Below the pieces are notes generated by a model that saw only the letters and a list, made by a program, of their open reading frames with translations, did not search any database and was not told the origin of the DNA. From the IMG/VR virus record IMGVR_UViG_3300009605_004544, positions 42,982 to 106,981 of that record: a stretch of DNA of 64,000 nt, one strand, 5' to 3'. The number at the start of each line of letters is the position of its first letter. Positions within the stretch are counted from its first letter, which is position 1. Source of the stretch: a virus. The position numbers and the translations under genes are program-made. This document shows, piece by piece, positions 19,696 through 28,845 of this stretch.

Positions 19696-20177
19696 TTGCT
19701 GTAGGAAATGGCAATTCCCATAAGCTCCCTAAGCAAGATTATCCAAACATATTTACTGAATACAACATAAGCTCATTAGGGGCGACCGCGAATGGCGATT
19801 TCTATAACCGTGTAGCTAGACATCCGGCTATTGAGAATAAAACTGAATTTGATATATATGGATTTATGGAGGGGAACTGTCGATATACCGACAAAGACAG
19901 CGTACAGAAAATAGTCGATTTTTTTCATAAGCATGAACGTATTGAGGTCGTTGTCTGCGACCTTATACGATCTACCAACAGCTTCAAGTCTCGTATATAC
20001 GTGCAGCCTCAAGCAACAAACAACATCCCGTTTTTTGTTAGAAAGTCCGTTATACACAAGATTGATTTTACAGAGGAAGATCTCATGTTGCAAAACCAAC
20101 TAGAAAAGCTGCGAAAAGAGCATACAATCTTCCATATTGCATCTCCTCTAATATCGATACTAGAAAAAGAAACTTAA
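19671..20177 (+). CDS. Glycosyltransferase family 2-like protein (short, degenerate)
   Basis: QDYPNI, DIYGFMEG, VVVCD, FFVRKSV. Confidence 0.5.
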   Translation: MPESPSVLVAVGNGNSHKLPKQDYPNIFTEYNISSLGATANGDFYNRVARHPAIENKTEFDIYGFMEGNCRYTDKDSVQKIVDFFHKHERIEVVVCDLIRSTNSFKSRIYVQPQATNNIPFFVRKSVIHKIDFTEEDLMLQNQLEKLRKEHTIFHIASPLISILEKET

Positions 20178-20866
20178 TGTCGAATAATAAAGAACGGCTT
20201 AGCATCATCATTCCAGCAGCGGGAATTGGCCGCAGGATGAAATCTTACGGGCCGAAGCCCTTGATAAAAATAGGCAACTCTACAATAATTAAAAATCAAA
20301 TCAATTTACTACAAACATATCTGCCCAATCCAAATATTATTTTAGTATGCGGTTTCAAAGCTGATAAGTTAATGGACGAGTCCCCTTCTTATATTCTAAA
20401 GGTAGAAAATGAATTTTATGAACACACTAATGTGGTTCGTAGTATCGGGATGGGGTTGAGGGTCGCAGGAGACGCCTCAAAGGTTTTAATTGTATACGGA
20501 GACTTGGTCTTTAATTCTGCGACCGTTAAGCATTTGCCAATGGAGAAATCCTGCATTGTCGTCACGGATCAAAATATGGGGGAAGAGGAGGTTGGATGCA
20601 TCATCGATGATGAAAATATTCTTGCCAACATGATGTATGACCTGCCCAATAAATGGGGACAAATATCATTATTCGTAGGCAAGGAACTTGAGCTACTGAA
20701 ACGGCTATGCTGGAACGAAAAAAATAGCACCAAATTCGGTTTTGAAATCATCAATCAGATAATAAACAGGGGAGGCGTTTTCAAGTGCGTATACAATAGC
20801 GCAATCAAAATAGTAGATATAGATAGCTCTAAAGACATCCAAAAGGCGAAAGAGATTTTATTATGA
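20177..20866 (+). CDS. NTP transferase (LicC/phosphocholine cytidylyltransferase-like)
   Basis: IIPAAGIGRRMKSYGPKPL, YGDLVF, DIDSSKD. Confidence 0.85.
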   Translation: MSNNKERLSIIIPAAGIGRRMKSYGPKPLIKIGNSTIIKNQINLLQTYLPNPNIILVCGFKADKLMDESPSYILKVENEFYEHTNVVRSIGMGLRVAGDASKVLIVYGDLVFNSATVKHLPMEKSCIVVTDQNMGEEEVGCIIDDENILANMMYDLPNKWGQISLFVGKELELLKRLCWNEKNSTKFGFEIINQIINRGGVFKCVYNSAIKIVDIDSSKDIQKAKEILL

Positions 20867-21735
20867 AGGTCGTCATACCGCAATTACAGTTGCAGGTTTT
20901 TCAGGACATTGCTCAGTGTCTAGAAAGTGTCAGAGAAACTGCTGGTGTAGACTCGATATTTTGGGACACATCTCGGAAGCCTATTATTGACATGTTTGAC
21001 GAATTGAGGCCAGAGATCGTTCTGTTGCACGAGGCTCAATTAGACGATGCCTTCTCGGTAGTAATTCAAGAATTCGATTTTAAGTATGTTTTGGTAGCAG
21101 AAAAGCATCCTCCCCAATTAAGTAAGCCCCCAGAAGCCCTCATCACAAGCGCACCCTTCCTCCAGAACTTCCCTCAGTCTTATAGAAATCTTATGGAGGC
21201 CAAGCATCTAGCTCGATTGGCACAAATTCATGGAGGGGGTTATAATGACAATATGAAGTCTGAAGTTTTAGTGGACACAACTGGCGTAGGGATAAGCGAG
21301 AATATATATGACGTATTATCGTTTTTAACTTCTAACTATAAAACCAAGATAATCGGAAATAGTCCAGTCAAACTGCATCACTACCTCGGGGCAGTTAACA
21401 TTTTCGAGAGGGCCGATTTTATTAAATCAACACAGATCATGGTTGACTTTAACGGCTCTGGAGTTTGGGACGCTTCCTATTTGAAAATCCCTTCCGTAAC
21501 AGCTAATAACACCACCCCTCACATACTACCATTTGATAGTATAGAAATGTTAAAAAATAACATAGACTCGATTCTGAATAATAAACTGGTACGCAATAAA
21601 TACATTGACCTCTGTTATCAAGAATTGCTTAAGGGGAACACGTACCACCACTTTACCTCGCAGCTTTTCAAAAATATCAAAGAGCCAGACATAGCAAATT
21701 GTCTAACGGCGTATGTGGGAGAACTGTTGCAATGA
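20863..21735 (+). CDS. Hypothetical protein, possibly GT-B/CgeB-like
   Basis: DELRPEIVLL start and GNTYHH end resemble CgeB-like GT-B proteins; lies in the glycosylation cluster. Confidence 0.5.
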   Translation: MKVVIPQLQLQVFQDIAQCLESVRETAGVDSIFWDTSRKPIIDMFDELRPEIVLLHEAQLDDAFSVVIQEFDFKYVLVAEKHPPQLSKPPEALITSAPFLQNFPQSYRNLMEAKHLARLAQIHGGGYNDNMKSEVLVDTTGVGISENIYDVLSFLTSNYKTKIIGNSPVKLHHYLGAVNIFERADFIKSTQIMVDFNGSGVWDASYLKIPSVTANNTTPHILPFDSIEMLKNNIDSILNNKLVRNKYIDLCYQELLKGNTYHHFTSQLFKNIKEPDIANCLTAYVGELLQ

Positions 21736-22190
21736 TAGGGATACTTAAAGGCCCCGTAGATAACAAAGACAAGGACTTCTTTGCTCTTTATAACTTAAAC
21801 AGGTTGTCAAAAACAAAGCATGGCGCGTGTCTTTTCTGTGACCACATTTCAGACAACTTTGCGCTACCTGCTGAAACTAATGTTTTGCAAAGAACCCACG
21901 TATTCAACTTTAACGGGATCGTCATCACTGACGACTTAATGTATGCACAAGATCTCTTGTATATAACCTATGCTAAAAAGAGATTTATATACCTGTACCA
22001 TTTGGATTGGCCCTATATCCAAGAATTAAAATTTGCACATCTTAATAGAATTCTTCTTCACGAGAATATAGAGTTAATTGCTCGTAGCGAGGAACATTTT
22101 CAATTGATAGAGCATCTTTTTAAAAAACCACGATACATAATGGCTGAATGGGATTATCATACACTAATAGAGATAGACGAAAATGAATAA
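21732..22190 (+). CDS. Hypothetical protein (single Rossmann-like domain, GT-associated)
   Basis: IVITD, KRFIYLYHLDW, LIARS; ATGA overlap with the upstream gene. Confidence 0.5.
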   Translation: MIGILKGPVDNKDKDFFALYNLNRLSKTKHGACLFCDHISDNFALPAETNVLQRTHVFNFNGIVITDDLMYAQDLLYITYAKKRFIYLYHLDWPYIQELKFAHLNRILLHENIELIARSEEHFQLIEHLFKKPRYIMAEWDYHTLIEIDENE

Positions 22191-22947
22191 GCAAGAAAAG
22201 TTAATACTGGACCTGTACAATAATCAATGTTGGAGCACATATCAAATCGCAGAAAAGCTAGATACTTATCCCAACAAGATTAGAAGGTTCCTTAAAAAGA
22301 ACGGCATCGAACTACGCACTTCTAGCGATGCGCAAAAGAATGCGCTCGGAAGCGGACGTGCAGAACACCCAACTAAAGGAACCTACAGGTCAGAAGAAAC
22401 CAAGCAGAGAATCAGCGATTCGCAAGGAGCCGTATGGGACGCCTTGACAGACGAAGAAAAAGAGCACCGCTCTCAAATCGGAAGAGAGGCGTGGGAGCAA
22501 AAAAGCGACGAAGAAAAAGCCCTTTTGATTGCCGAAGCTCAAAACGCTGTAAGAAAAAGCAGCAAAGAAGGGTCAAAGCTGGAACATTTCCTTTTGTCTG
22601 AGCTTACCAAAAGGAATCTGAGGGTAGAATTCCATAAGGATCATTGGCTTCAAAACCAAAAACTCCAAGTTGATTTGTATTTGCCTGATCACAGGGCGGT
22701 CATAGAAGTTGACGGCCCTTCACACTTCAAGCCTGTGTGGGGTCAAGAGAATTTGGAAAAGAATATTAAGGCAGACCAGCAAAAAACTGGCCTCGTACTT
22801 GGTGCCGGATTAATGATGATCAGAATTAGACAAGACAAGTCCCTAACCCAAAGGTATATGAGAAACACCTTATCGAAACTATTAGGACTGCTGGAAAAAG
22901 TTAAGGAACATTACCCCGAGGAAAATAAGAGGTACTTTGAGATATGA
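22183..22947 (+). CDS. Homing-endonuclease-like protein: HTH + NUMOD3-like repeat + Vsr/DUF559 nuclease
   Basis: STYQIAEKL HTH, RSEETKQRIS, SKLE...VDLYLP...IEVDGPSH. Confidence 0.8.
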   Translation: MNKQEKLILDLYNNQCWSTYQIAEKLDTYPNKIRRFLKKNGIELRTSSDAQKNALGSGRAEHPTKGTYRSEETKQRISDSQGAVWDALTDEEKEHRSQIGREAWEQKSDEEKALLIAEAQNAVRKSSKEGSKLEHFLLSELTKRNLRVEFHKDHWLQNQKLQVDLYLPDHRAVIEVDGPSHFKPVWGQENLEKNIKADQQKTGLVLGAGLMMIRIRQDKSLTQRYMRNTLSKLLGLLEKVKEHYPEENKRYFEI

Positions 22948-23705
22948 ACAAAATCGCAGAAACAGAATTCGAAGAAATGGTGCAGCCCATATCTGCCGAA
23001 GAAACTGCCATTGATCACATTATTGCCGATGATCTTAAGGGGGCACCAGCAGACTACGAACCGGAATGGTCAGAATATCTATTAGATCAACTATCTGACC
23101 ATGAACTTATTAATGGGGCACCGACTGTAGACGGCCTACGCCGTATTGCTGAAAAATGTTTTGGGGAAATCGTTGATTCTCGTAGCCGGATTGTGGAAAC
23201 TCCTTGTGCAGACAACGGGATGAGATGCACAGTATGCCATACCTTGCGTATTATCAAGTACCGAAACGGTCAACAAGTTCAAGTAGATGGGTGTGTTGAT
23301 GTAGTTTATCATAAGACGCCTTATCCATTCAAGGACCACCTAGTCGCTACTGCCGACACAAGAGCCGAGGGAAAGGCTCTTAGGAGAGCCTTAAAGATCA
23401 GAGTAATAACCGCAGAAGAGCTTCAGCATGAGGATGAAGAGGAAGCTCTGTCTTCTGATGAGGCGGTTAATGATCAGCAAATTCTTGCCATTAACCAGCT
23501 TTGTAAGAGACTAAACATGTCTGTTGTTGCTATTGCCAAGGACCAATACAATACGATAAAAAGCATTAACGACTTAAGGAATTTGGAGGCGAGATTACTG
23601 ATCAGCAAGCTGTCAGAGCTACAAAGAAATCCCGATGATGTGCCAGAATCGTACATCGGTTATGATGAAAATTGGAAAAGTGATTTTTATGGGAGTAAAA
23701 AATGA
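22944..23705 (+). CDS. Putative single-strand annealing protein (Rad52/Red-beta superfamily)
   Basis: VDGLRRIA, ATADTRAEGKALRRAL, C-terminal DQQILAI...ARLLISKL helical domain. Confidence 0.55.
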   Translation: MNKIAETEFEEMVQPISAEETAIDHIIADDLKGAPADYEPEWSEYLLDQLSDHELINGAPTVDGLRRIAEKCFGEIVDSRSRIVETPCADNGMRCTVCHTLRIIKYRNGQQVQVDGCVDVVYHKTPYPFKDHLVATADTRAEGKALRRALKIRVITAEELQHEDEEEALSSDEAVNDQQILAINQLCKRLNMSVVAIAKDQYNTIKSINDLRNLEARLLISKLSELQRNPDDVPESYIGYDENWKSDFYGSKK

Positions 23706-24091
23706 AAGCCAGAATCAAAGCAACCGACAGCCTCTGGTTTGATGTAGAGGCGGAACAAGAAGATGAAGTTTTTAAGCAAATCGCGAGAGTGCAGGAAATA
23801 TTTCAGCATAAGGGATGTGGTCATTGCGAATCACCAAACGTCAAGTTTGTCTGCCGGTTTGATAGCTCGGGTAATGACTGGTTAGAAATTACTTGTCAAG
23901 AATGCCGTGCTAAGCTCATCTTTGGGCGTACAAAAAAGGGAGGTCTGGTCTTTCCTAAAATTAGATGGGATCAGCTTTCTGAAAAACAACAGGAGCAGCG
24001 TATTAATGAAAAGTCGCATGCTGATAAAAATAGAGGGTATCTTCCCGATAGAGGGTGGTTTATTTACAAGCCAATCGTAAGAAATAATTAG
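23702..24091 (+). CDS. Zn-ribbon hypothetical protein
   Basis: CGHC...CQEC. Confidence 0.65.
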   Translation: MKARIKATDSLWFDVEAEQEDEVFKQIARVQEIFQHKGCGHCESPNVKFVCRFDSSGNDWLEITCQECRAKLIFGRTKKGGLVFPKIRWDQLSEKQQEQRINEKSHADKNRGYLPDRGWFIYKPIVRNN

Positions 24092-24102
24092 GAGGAATTG
24101 CC

Positions 24103-24288
24103 ATGCCTACGAGTAATGATGAAGCTAAAAGGATTTGCGACATTATTAACGACTTCTTAAGCGACGAAGAAGCCGTCGCTATAACTCGAAGACTAGATGA
24201 AGAAGTGGGGGTGCATACCGACAATGACTCCTTAAAGGTAAGTCTTAGAATGCTCAGGAATCTATACGAGCGAGGAGAGAGCGAATGA
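24103..24288 (+). CDS. Small helical protein paralogous to the N-terminus of 8848..9414
   Basis: GGAGG RBS; 17/50 gapless identities to the N-terminal domain of ORF 8848. Confidence 0.7.
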   Translation: MPTSNDEAKRICDIINDFLSDEEAVAITRRLDEEVGVHTDNDSLKVSLRMLRNLYERGESE

Positions 24289-24839
24289 GGCTGGACCACA
24301 TAGCTTACCGAGTAGGCAATCGGCATAAGACCGCAAAACTTTTTAAGCGAATGTTTGGCTATGAAATTGGAATCGAATTTTGTATCGATTTTGATGATGG
24401 CTCCAAAGCCGAATGTATCGCAATGACTCCTATCGAAAAAGATAATCCCATATCAAAATTCATTGGCATCCCTTGGGTGACCAAATCGTATGGAATATCG
24501 AAGCCCGTAGAACATCACCTTGCTCCCGAAATTTTTATTAGTGATGGCGCACCCGGATCTATTGTAGGAGATTGGGTGAAATTACATAACGGAGGAGGCA
24601 TTCATCATATGGCATATATGACGAGCCATATACACGACGAGGTCTCAAAATGGAAGAAGCTGGGGATAGAGTTTTTATCAAACGACATAATTGACTGCCC
24701 GGAAGATGACCTGCGACAAATTTTCACTAAGCCACTACCTGAATTGGGCGGTATTATTGTCGAACTAATCGAAAGAGGGGATAAGGGGTTTTGTCAAAAC
24801 TCAGTTAAGCACTTAATGAACAGCACCAAGGGGTTGTAA
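24285..24839 (+). CDS. VOC-fold Fe(II) dioxygenase (HPPD C-domain/HglS-DUF1338-like)
   Basis: DHIAYR, PEIFISD, GGIHHMAY, LRQIFTKP, VELIER, GF...LMNST; His-His-Glu triad. Confidence 0.8.
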   Translation: MRLDHIAYRVGNRHKTAKLFKRMFGYEIGIEFCIDFDDGSKAECIAMTPIEKDNPISKFIGIPWVTKSYGISKPVEHHLAPEIFISDGAPGSIVGDWVKLHNGGGIHHMAYMTSHIHDEVSKWKKLGIEFLSNDIIDCPEDDLRQIFTKPLPELGGIIVELIERGDKGFCQNSVKHLMNSTKGL

Positions 24840-24841
24840 AA

Positions 24842-26341
24842 ATGTGGAAAGCTCAAAACTATATCAATGGTAATTTTGTAAGTAGCGGGTCAGACTCATT
24901 CTTTGATAATGTAGATCCTTGCACGGGAGCTTCTCTCGGCCAGTTTTTCAATTCAAGAGTAGAGGAAGTTGAAGAAGCTTATACCGCTGCCAGAAATGCA
25001 TTCTCTGAATGGCGAGCTACAAGCCGCGTTCAACGCGCCGAATATTTATACAAGGTCGCCAAGCTTATAGAAGAAAGGCGGGAAGAATTAGCATACGTAA
25101 TATCTGTAGAAACAGGTAAGAACTACAATGAGTCCATTGCTGAAGTAAACGAGGCCTTACATATGGCTCAGTATGCTTTTGGCTCTGGAAGAACCCCACA
25201 AGGAGAAGCCGTTGCGTCCGAAATTTCTGAAAAAGACGCCTATGTTCTACGAAAGCCCAAGGGTGTTGTTGCCGTCGTTAGCCCTTGGAATTTTCCTCTT
25301 GCCATTGGTGCTTTTTGGTGCGTTGCTCCTGCAATCGTGGAAGGCAATACGGTCATTCTAAAACCAAGTGAGGACGCCCCTTATACCTCCCAAATGGCAA
25401 TGGAACTGTATCATGAGGCTGGCATTCCCCCCGGAGTGATTAACCTTGTACACGGAGATGGGCTTATAGGAGACTGCTTAGTTAGAAAAGATGTCGACCA
25501 CATTTGCTTTACTGGCAGCGCAGAGGTTGGGCAGCACATTCGAAAAATATGTGCAGATAGCTGGCATAAAACGTGCTCCTGTGAACTTGGAAGCAAGTCT
25601 GCTGTCGTAGTTTTTGAGGACGCTAATTTTGATCTAGCTGTATACTCCTCAGTAGCTAGCGCATTCAAGCTTTCTGGGCAAAGATGCGTGTCCTCTGGTA
25701 GAATAATCGTACAGCGAACAATCTACGATAAGTTCTGCGAGGCTTTCGTAGAAAGGGCCTCCACTGTCAAAGCAGGCGCGCCTTTCGTGGACAACGGGTA
25801 CGTGGTTGGTGGAAAGGTCAAGCCAAGTTCCGCATACATGGGGCCTTTGATCAATGCTCAGCAACTAGAAACCGTTACAAGATTTAATGATATGGTGGCT
25901 GATGATCAAGATGCCGAGGTGCTACTTGAGCCTTCATATCAATCTCCCGGCTACTACGTCAGCCCCCTTGTATATAAAACCGAGTGGAGAAATGTCCCGT
26001 ACTTAAAGAGCGAGGTGTTTGGACCCCATGTTGCACTCATACCCTTTGACACAATTGATGATGCTGTTAGGATCTATAATGATACTGACTATGGCTTGGC
26101 TGTTGGCGTGGTTACTGAAGATTTCAAAAAAGCTAGAATTTGTCGTGATAGGTGTGATTATGGGATGTGCTATTGGAATGGTGGCTCTATCGCTGCTGAG
26201 TCTCATGTACCCTTCGGAGGAGTTAAGAAGTCAGGAAACGGATATCCATCAGCATCCCGAACCTTCCGTGCCGTTACTCACGAAGTAACATGGACAATTA
26301 ATCATGACGACAATCTAGCCTTTCCACAAGGAATGGAATAA
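24842..26341 (+). CDS. NAD(P)-dependent aldehyde dehydrogenase
   Basis: SPWNFP, LKPSE, FTGS, ELGSK (Glu), GQRC (Cys), EVFGP, PFGGVKKSG. Confidence 0.95.
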   Translation: MWKAQNYINGNFVSSGSDSFFDNVDPCTGASLGQFFNSRVEEVEEAYTAARNAFSEWRATSRVQRAEYLYKVAKLIEERREELAYVISVETGKNYNESIAEVNEALHMAQYAFGSGRTPQGEAVASEISEKDAYVLRKPKGVVAVVSPWNFPLAIGAFWCVAPAIVEGNTVILKPSEDAPYTSQMAMELYHEAGIPPGVINLVHGDGLIGDCLVRKDVDHICFTGSAEVGQHIRKICADSWHKTCSCELGSKSAVVVFEDANFDLAVYSSVASAFKLSGQRCVSSGRIIVQRTIYDKFCEAFVERASTVKAGAPFVDNGYVVGGKVKPSSAYMGPLINAQQLETVTRFNDMVADDQDAEVLLEPSYQSPGYYVSPLVYKTEWRNVPYLKSEVFGPHVALIPFDTIDDAVRIYNDTDYGLAVGVVTEDFKKARICRDRCDYGMCYWNGGSIAAESHVPFGGVKKSGNGYPSASRTFRAVTHEVTWTINHDDNLAFPQGME

Positions 26342-26607
26342 TGTTCTCAAACGCGTTCGAGATTTTTCTAAACATGCTGGCCTATTCGTTTTGGCCCTTT
26401 GCATTTTCCTTGATAGCGATCTACGTCTTCAATACGTACCTCAACGACTCTTATAAGAGAAAAGTTAAAAAGGAAAAGAGGGTACGCTCTACGGACCCGG
26501 AAGTTCACGATCTGGCAGAAAAGGCGCTGAACTTCAAGGCTCCCAAGATAGAGACCTCTTTTGGGGATGAGAGAATAGGTGAAGTCCATGCGAGTGAAAA
26601 GGATTAG
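26341..26607 (+). CDS. Small single-pass membrane protein upstream of the actin-like gene
   Basis: Hydrophobic residues ~8-32 followed by basic KRKVKKEKR. Confidence 0.65.
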   Translation: MFSNAFEIFLNMLAYSFWPFAFSLIAIYVFNTYLNDSYKRKVKKEKRVRSTDPEVHDLAEKALNFKAPKIETSFGDERIGEVHASEKD

Positions 26608-26651
26608 AGAGTTAACAGGACTCCAACTAGAATAACAAGAGGTAATTGAAA

Positions 26652-27701
26652 ATGACAGATGCTGCCCCCCTTCCTTCAGTCAATGCTCGCGCTATAGGTG
26701 TGGACATTGGAACCGGATTTATATCTTGTGCAGAAAAAGAAGCAGGAGACGTAAAGTTCCGAAAGATTAGAGACGCTTTTTTCAAACTCAACCCCTCCAA
26801 GTTCCTTGAGGGTTCAGCGAGTCAGTTCGGTGAAAGTATGCTAAAAAATTCTGGTGCTCATTATGTTAAGGTTGATGGCATCCTACATGTTCTAGGTGAC
26901 GACGCCTTCAAGTTCGCAAATCTATTCCATCAAGAATGCCTTAGACCTATGTCAAAGGGTGTTCTGAACCCCAAGCAGCCGGTCTCAAATCTCATGGTGG
27001 GAGAGCTTGTCAAGGCTATAGCTGGAAAGCCTACGGCAGATAGCGACGTTCTATACTACTGCGTTCCCGCTGAGCCAATTGATGCGGACTTTGACGTGGA
27101 GTACCATAAACAGATATTAGGGGGCGTTTTTGACGATCTAGGCTATAAAAATGTTAACGTAATGACGGAGGGGCTGGCTGTCGTATACTCAGAGTTAGCT
27201 GACACGCAGTACAGCGGCATTGGAATGAGCTTCGGAGCCGGTATGTGCAACATTGTCTACTCCTTTATGGGTATTCCTGTCTTTGCCTTCAGCTTGAGCC
27301 GGGGTGGAGACTGGATCGACAGTCATGCGGCTCAGCACACGGACGAGACCCATAACGTGGTGACTGCTGTCAAAGAAAAGGCCGACTTTAGCCTTTACGA
27401 TTCTACAAATGGGATTCAACGGGCAGTTTCTATCTACTATGAATCTTTACTAAATTATGTTGTTGAACAATTCAAGGAATTGTATGAAAGAACCCCTAAG
27501 AAGAAATTGCCAAATGTTACTGCGGAAATGCCGATTGTAGTAGCGGGAGGGACTTCTCTAGTTGCAGGATTCGTGGAAAGACTTAAGGAGTTAATAGTAG
27601 ACGATTTCCCAGTCCCTATCTCTGAAGTAAGGCACGCAGAGCAACCTCTTTTCGCTGTTTCCAATGGCCTTTATCGGGCAGCCAAGCTCTCCCTCTCTTG
27701 A
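26652..27701 (+). CDS. Actin-fold ATPase, volactin-like family
   Basis: Phosphate-1 GVDIGTG, connect EGLAVVYSEL, phosphate-2 SFGAGMCN, RGGDWID, adenosine VAGGTS, PLFAVSNG. Confidence 0.88.
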   Translation: MTDAAPLPSVNARAIGVDIGTGFISCAEKEAGDVKFRKIRDAFFKLNPSKFLEGSASQFGESMLKNSGAHYVKVDGILHVLGDDAFKFANLFHQECLRPMSKGVLNPKQPVSNLMVGELVKAIAGKPTADSDVLYYCVPAEPIDADFDVEYHKQILGGVFDDLGYKNVNVMTEGLAVVYSELADTQYSGIGMSFGAGMCNIVYSFMGIPVFAFSLSRGGDWIDSHAAQHTDETHNVVTAVKEKADFSLYDSTNGIQRAVSIYYESLLNYVVEQFKELYERTPKKKLPNVTAEMPIVVAGGTSLVAGFVERLKELIVDDFPVPISEVRHAEQPLFAVSNGLYRAAKLSLS

Positions 27702-27712
27702 AGGATATTAAT

Positions 27713-28681
27713 ATGGAAATGACAGAAACTATTAACCGTATATTTGATAAGCGCAAAGGTCTCTTAGCTGCTGACGAGAGCACCCCCACCATACAAAAAA
27801 GATTTGACTCTGTGGGAATGTCTTCTACGCCAGAAACGAGACATGACTATCGACACAATCTTTTTTCCACAGAGGGGCTGGAACGCTATATCGGGGGCGT
27901 CATCTTATATGATGAAACGATCAGGAACAAAGAGACCATAGCGCCATTGCTGGACAAGGGAATTACTTTAGGTATCAAGGTAGACGGGGGAGCCAAGCCC
28001 TACAATAAAACAGGGGGCAAGCTAACGGAGGGACTTGATGGACTTACAGAAAGGCTTCGAGAATATAAAGACTTGGGGGCCGAATTCGCTAAGTGGCGTG
28101 CCGTTATTGACGTTAATGATGCCGATACTTGCTTACTGGCTAATGCTTGGACTCTGGCTAGATATGCTAGAAAGTGTCAAGAAGAAAAGATAGTCCCTAT
28201 AGTGGAGCCAGAAGTATTGATGGATGGAGTACAAACAATCTGGAAGTCTTTTGATGTAACGGAAAAGATACTCCACATTCTATTTGACGCCCTATATTGG
28301 GAAAGAGTTGATTTGGAACAGATCATTCTCAAGCCCAATATGATCGTCTCTGGATACAAGAGCACCATTCGGGAGAGATCAGAAGGTGTGAGCGCCGCCA
28401 CTTTAAATTGCTTTCAAAGAACCGTGCCCTCTGCGGTTCCAGCAATTGCTTTCTTAAGTGGTGGGCAAAAGGATGAAGAAGCAATTAATAATCTAGCCGA
28501 AATGAACAAGCAGTCCTATTTGCCTTGGGTGGCCTCATTTTCCTTTGGTCGAACAATGCAGAGCGGTGCTTTAGAATTGTGGGCAGCTAATAAAAAGTCA
28601 GATGCTAGACATTGGACATTTGAAAGGGCTAAGGATTGTTCTCAAGCAGTGTCTGGGAAATCAGTGAGTTGGGAGAAATGA
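27713..28681 (+). CDS. fda: Fructose-bisphosphate aldolase class I
   Basis: KGLLAADES, GIKVD, TEGLDGL, FAKWR, VPIVEPEV, LKPNM (Schiff-base Lys), FLSGGQ, FSFGR. Confidence 0.95.
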   Translation: MEMTETINRIFDKRKGLLAADESTPTIQKRFDSVGMSSTPETRHDYRHNLFSTEGLERYIGGVILYDETIRNKETIAPLLDKGITLGIKVDGGAKPYNKTGGKLTEGLDGLTERLREYKDLGAEFAKWRAVIDVNDADTCLLANAWTLARYARKCQEEKIVPIVEPEVLMDGVQTIWKSFDVTEKILHILFDALYWERVDLEQIILKPNMIVSGYKSTIRERSEGVSAATLNCFQRTVPSAVPAIAFLSGGQKDEEAINNLAEMNKQSYLPWVASFSFGRTMQSGALELWAANKKSDARHWTFERAKDCSQAVSGKSVSWEK

Positions 28682-28845
28682 GAATGGGTCTTTGGGCACT
28701 ACTGATGTCGAGCGTTCTTTATGCTGTTGTATCTGTCGATCTAGCTATTAAAAATAAGTACGCCCTATCTATTATTTTTTTGTGCTATACCATAGCAAAC
28801 TTAGGGTACGTCTGGCTAGCTTATTACGATAAGGAGGGGTCATGA
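28678..28845 (+). CDS. Small two-helix membrane protein
   Basis: 55 aa, two hydrophobic segments, YTIANLG; GGGAG RBS. Confidence 0.6.
   Translation: MRMGLWALLMSSVLYAVVSVDLAIKNKYALSIIFLCYTIANLGYVWLAYYDKEGS

Noticed and set aside
14705-22190. Host capsule/LPS locus (cellular DNA)
   Set aside because: No transporters, flippase, polymerase or TM proteins. The genes are translationally coupled to phage-type neighbours on both sides.
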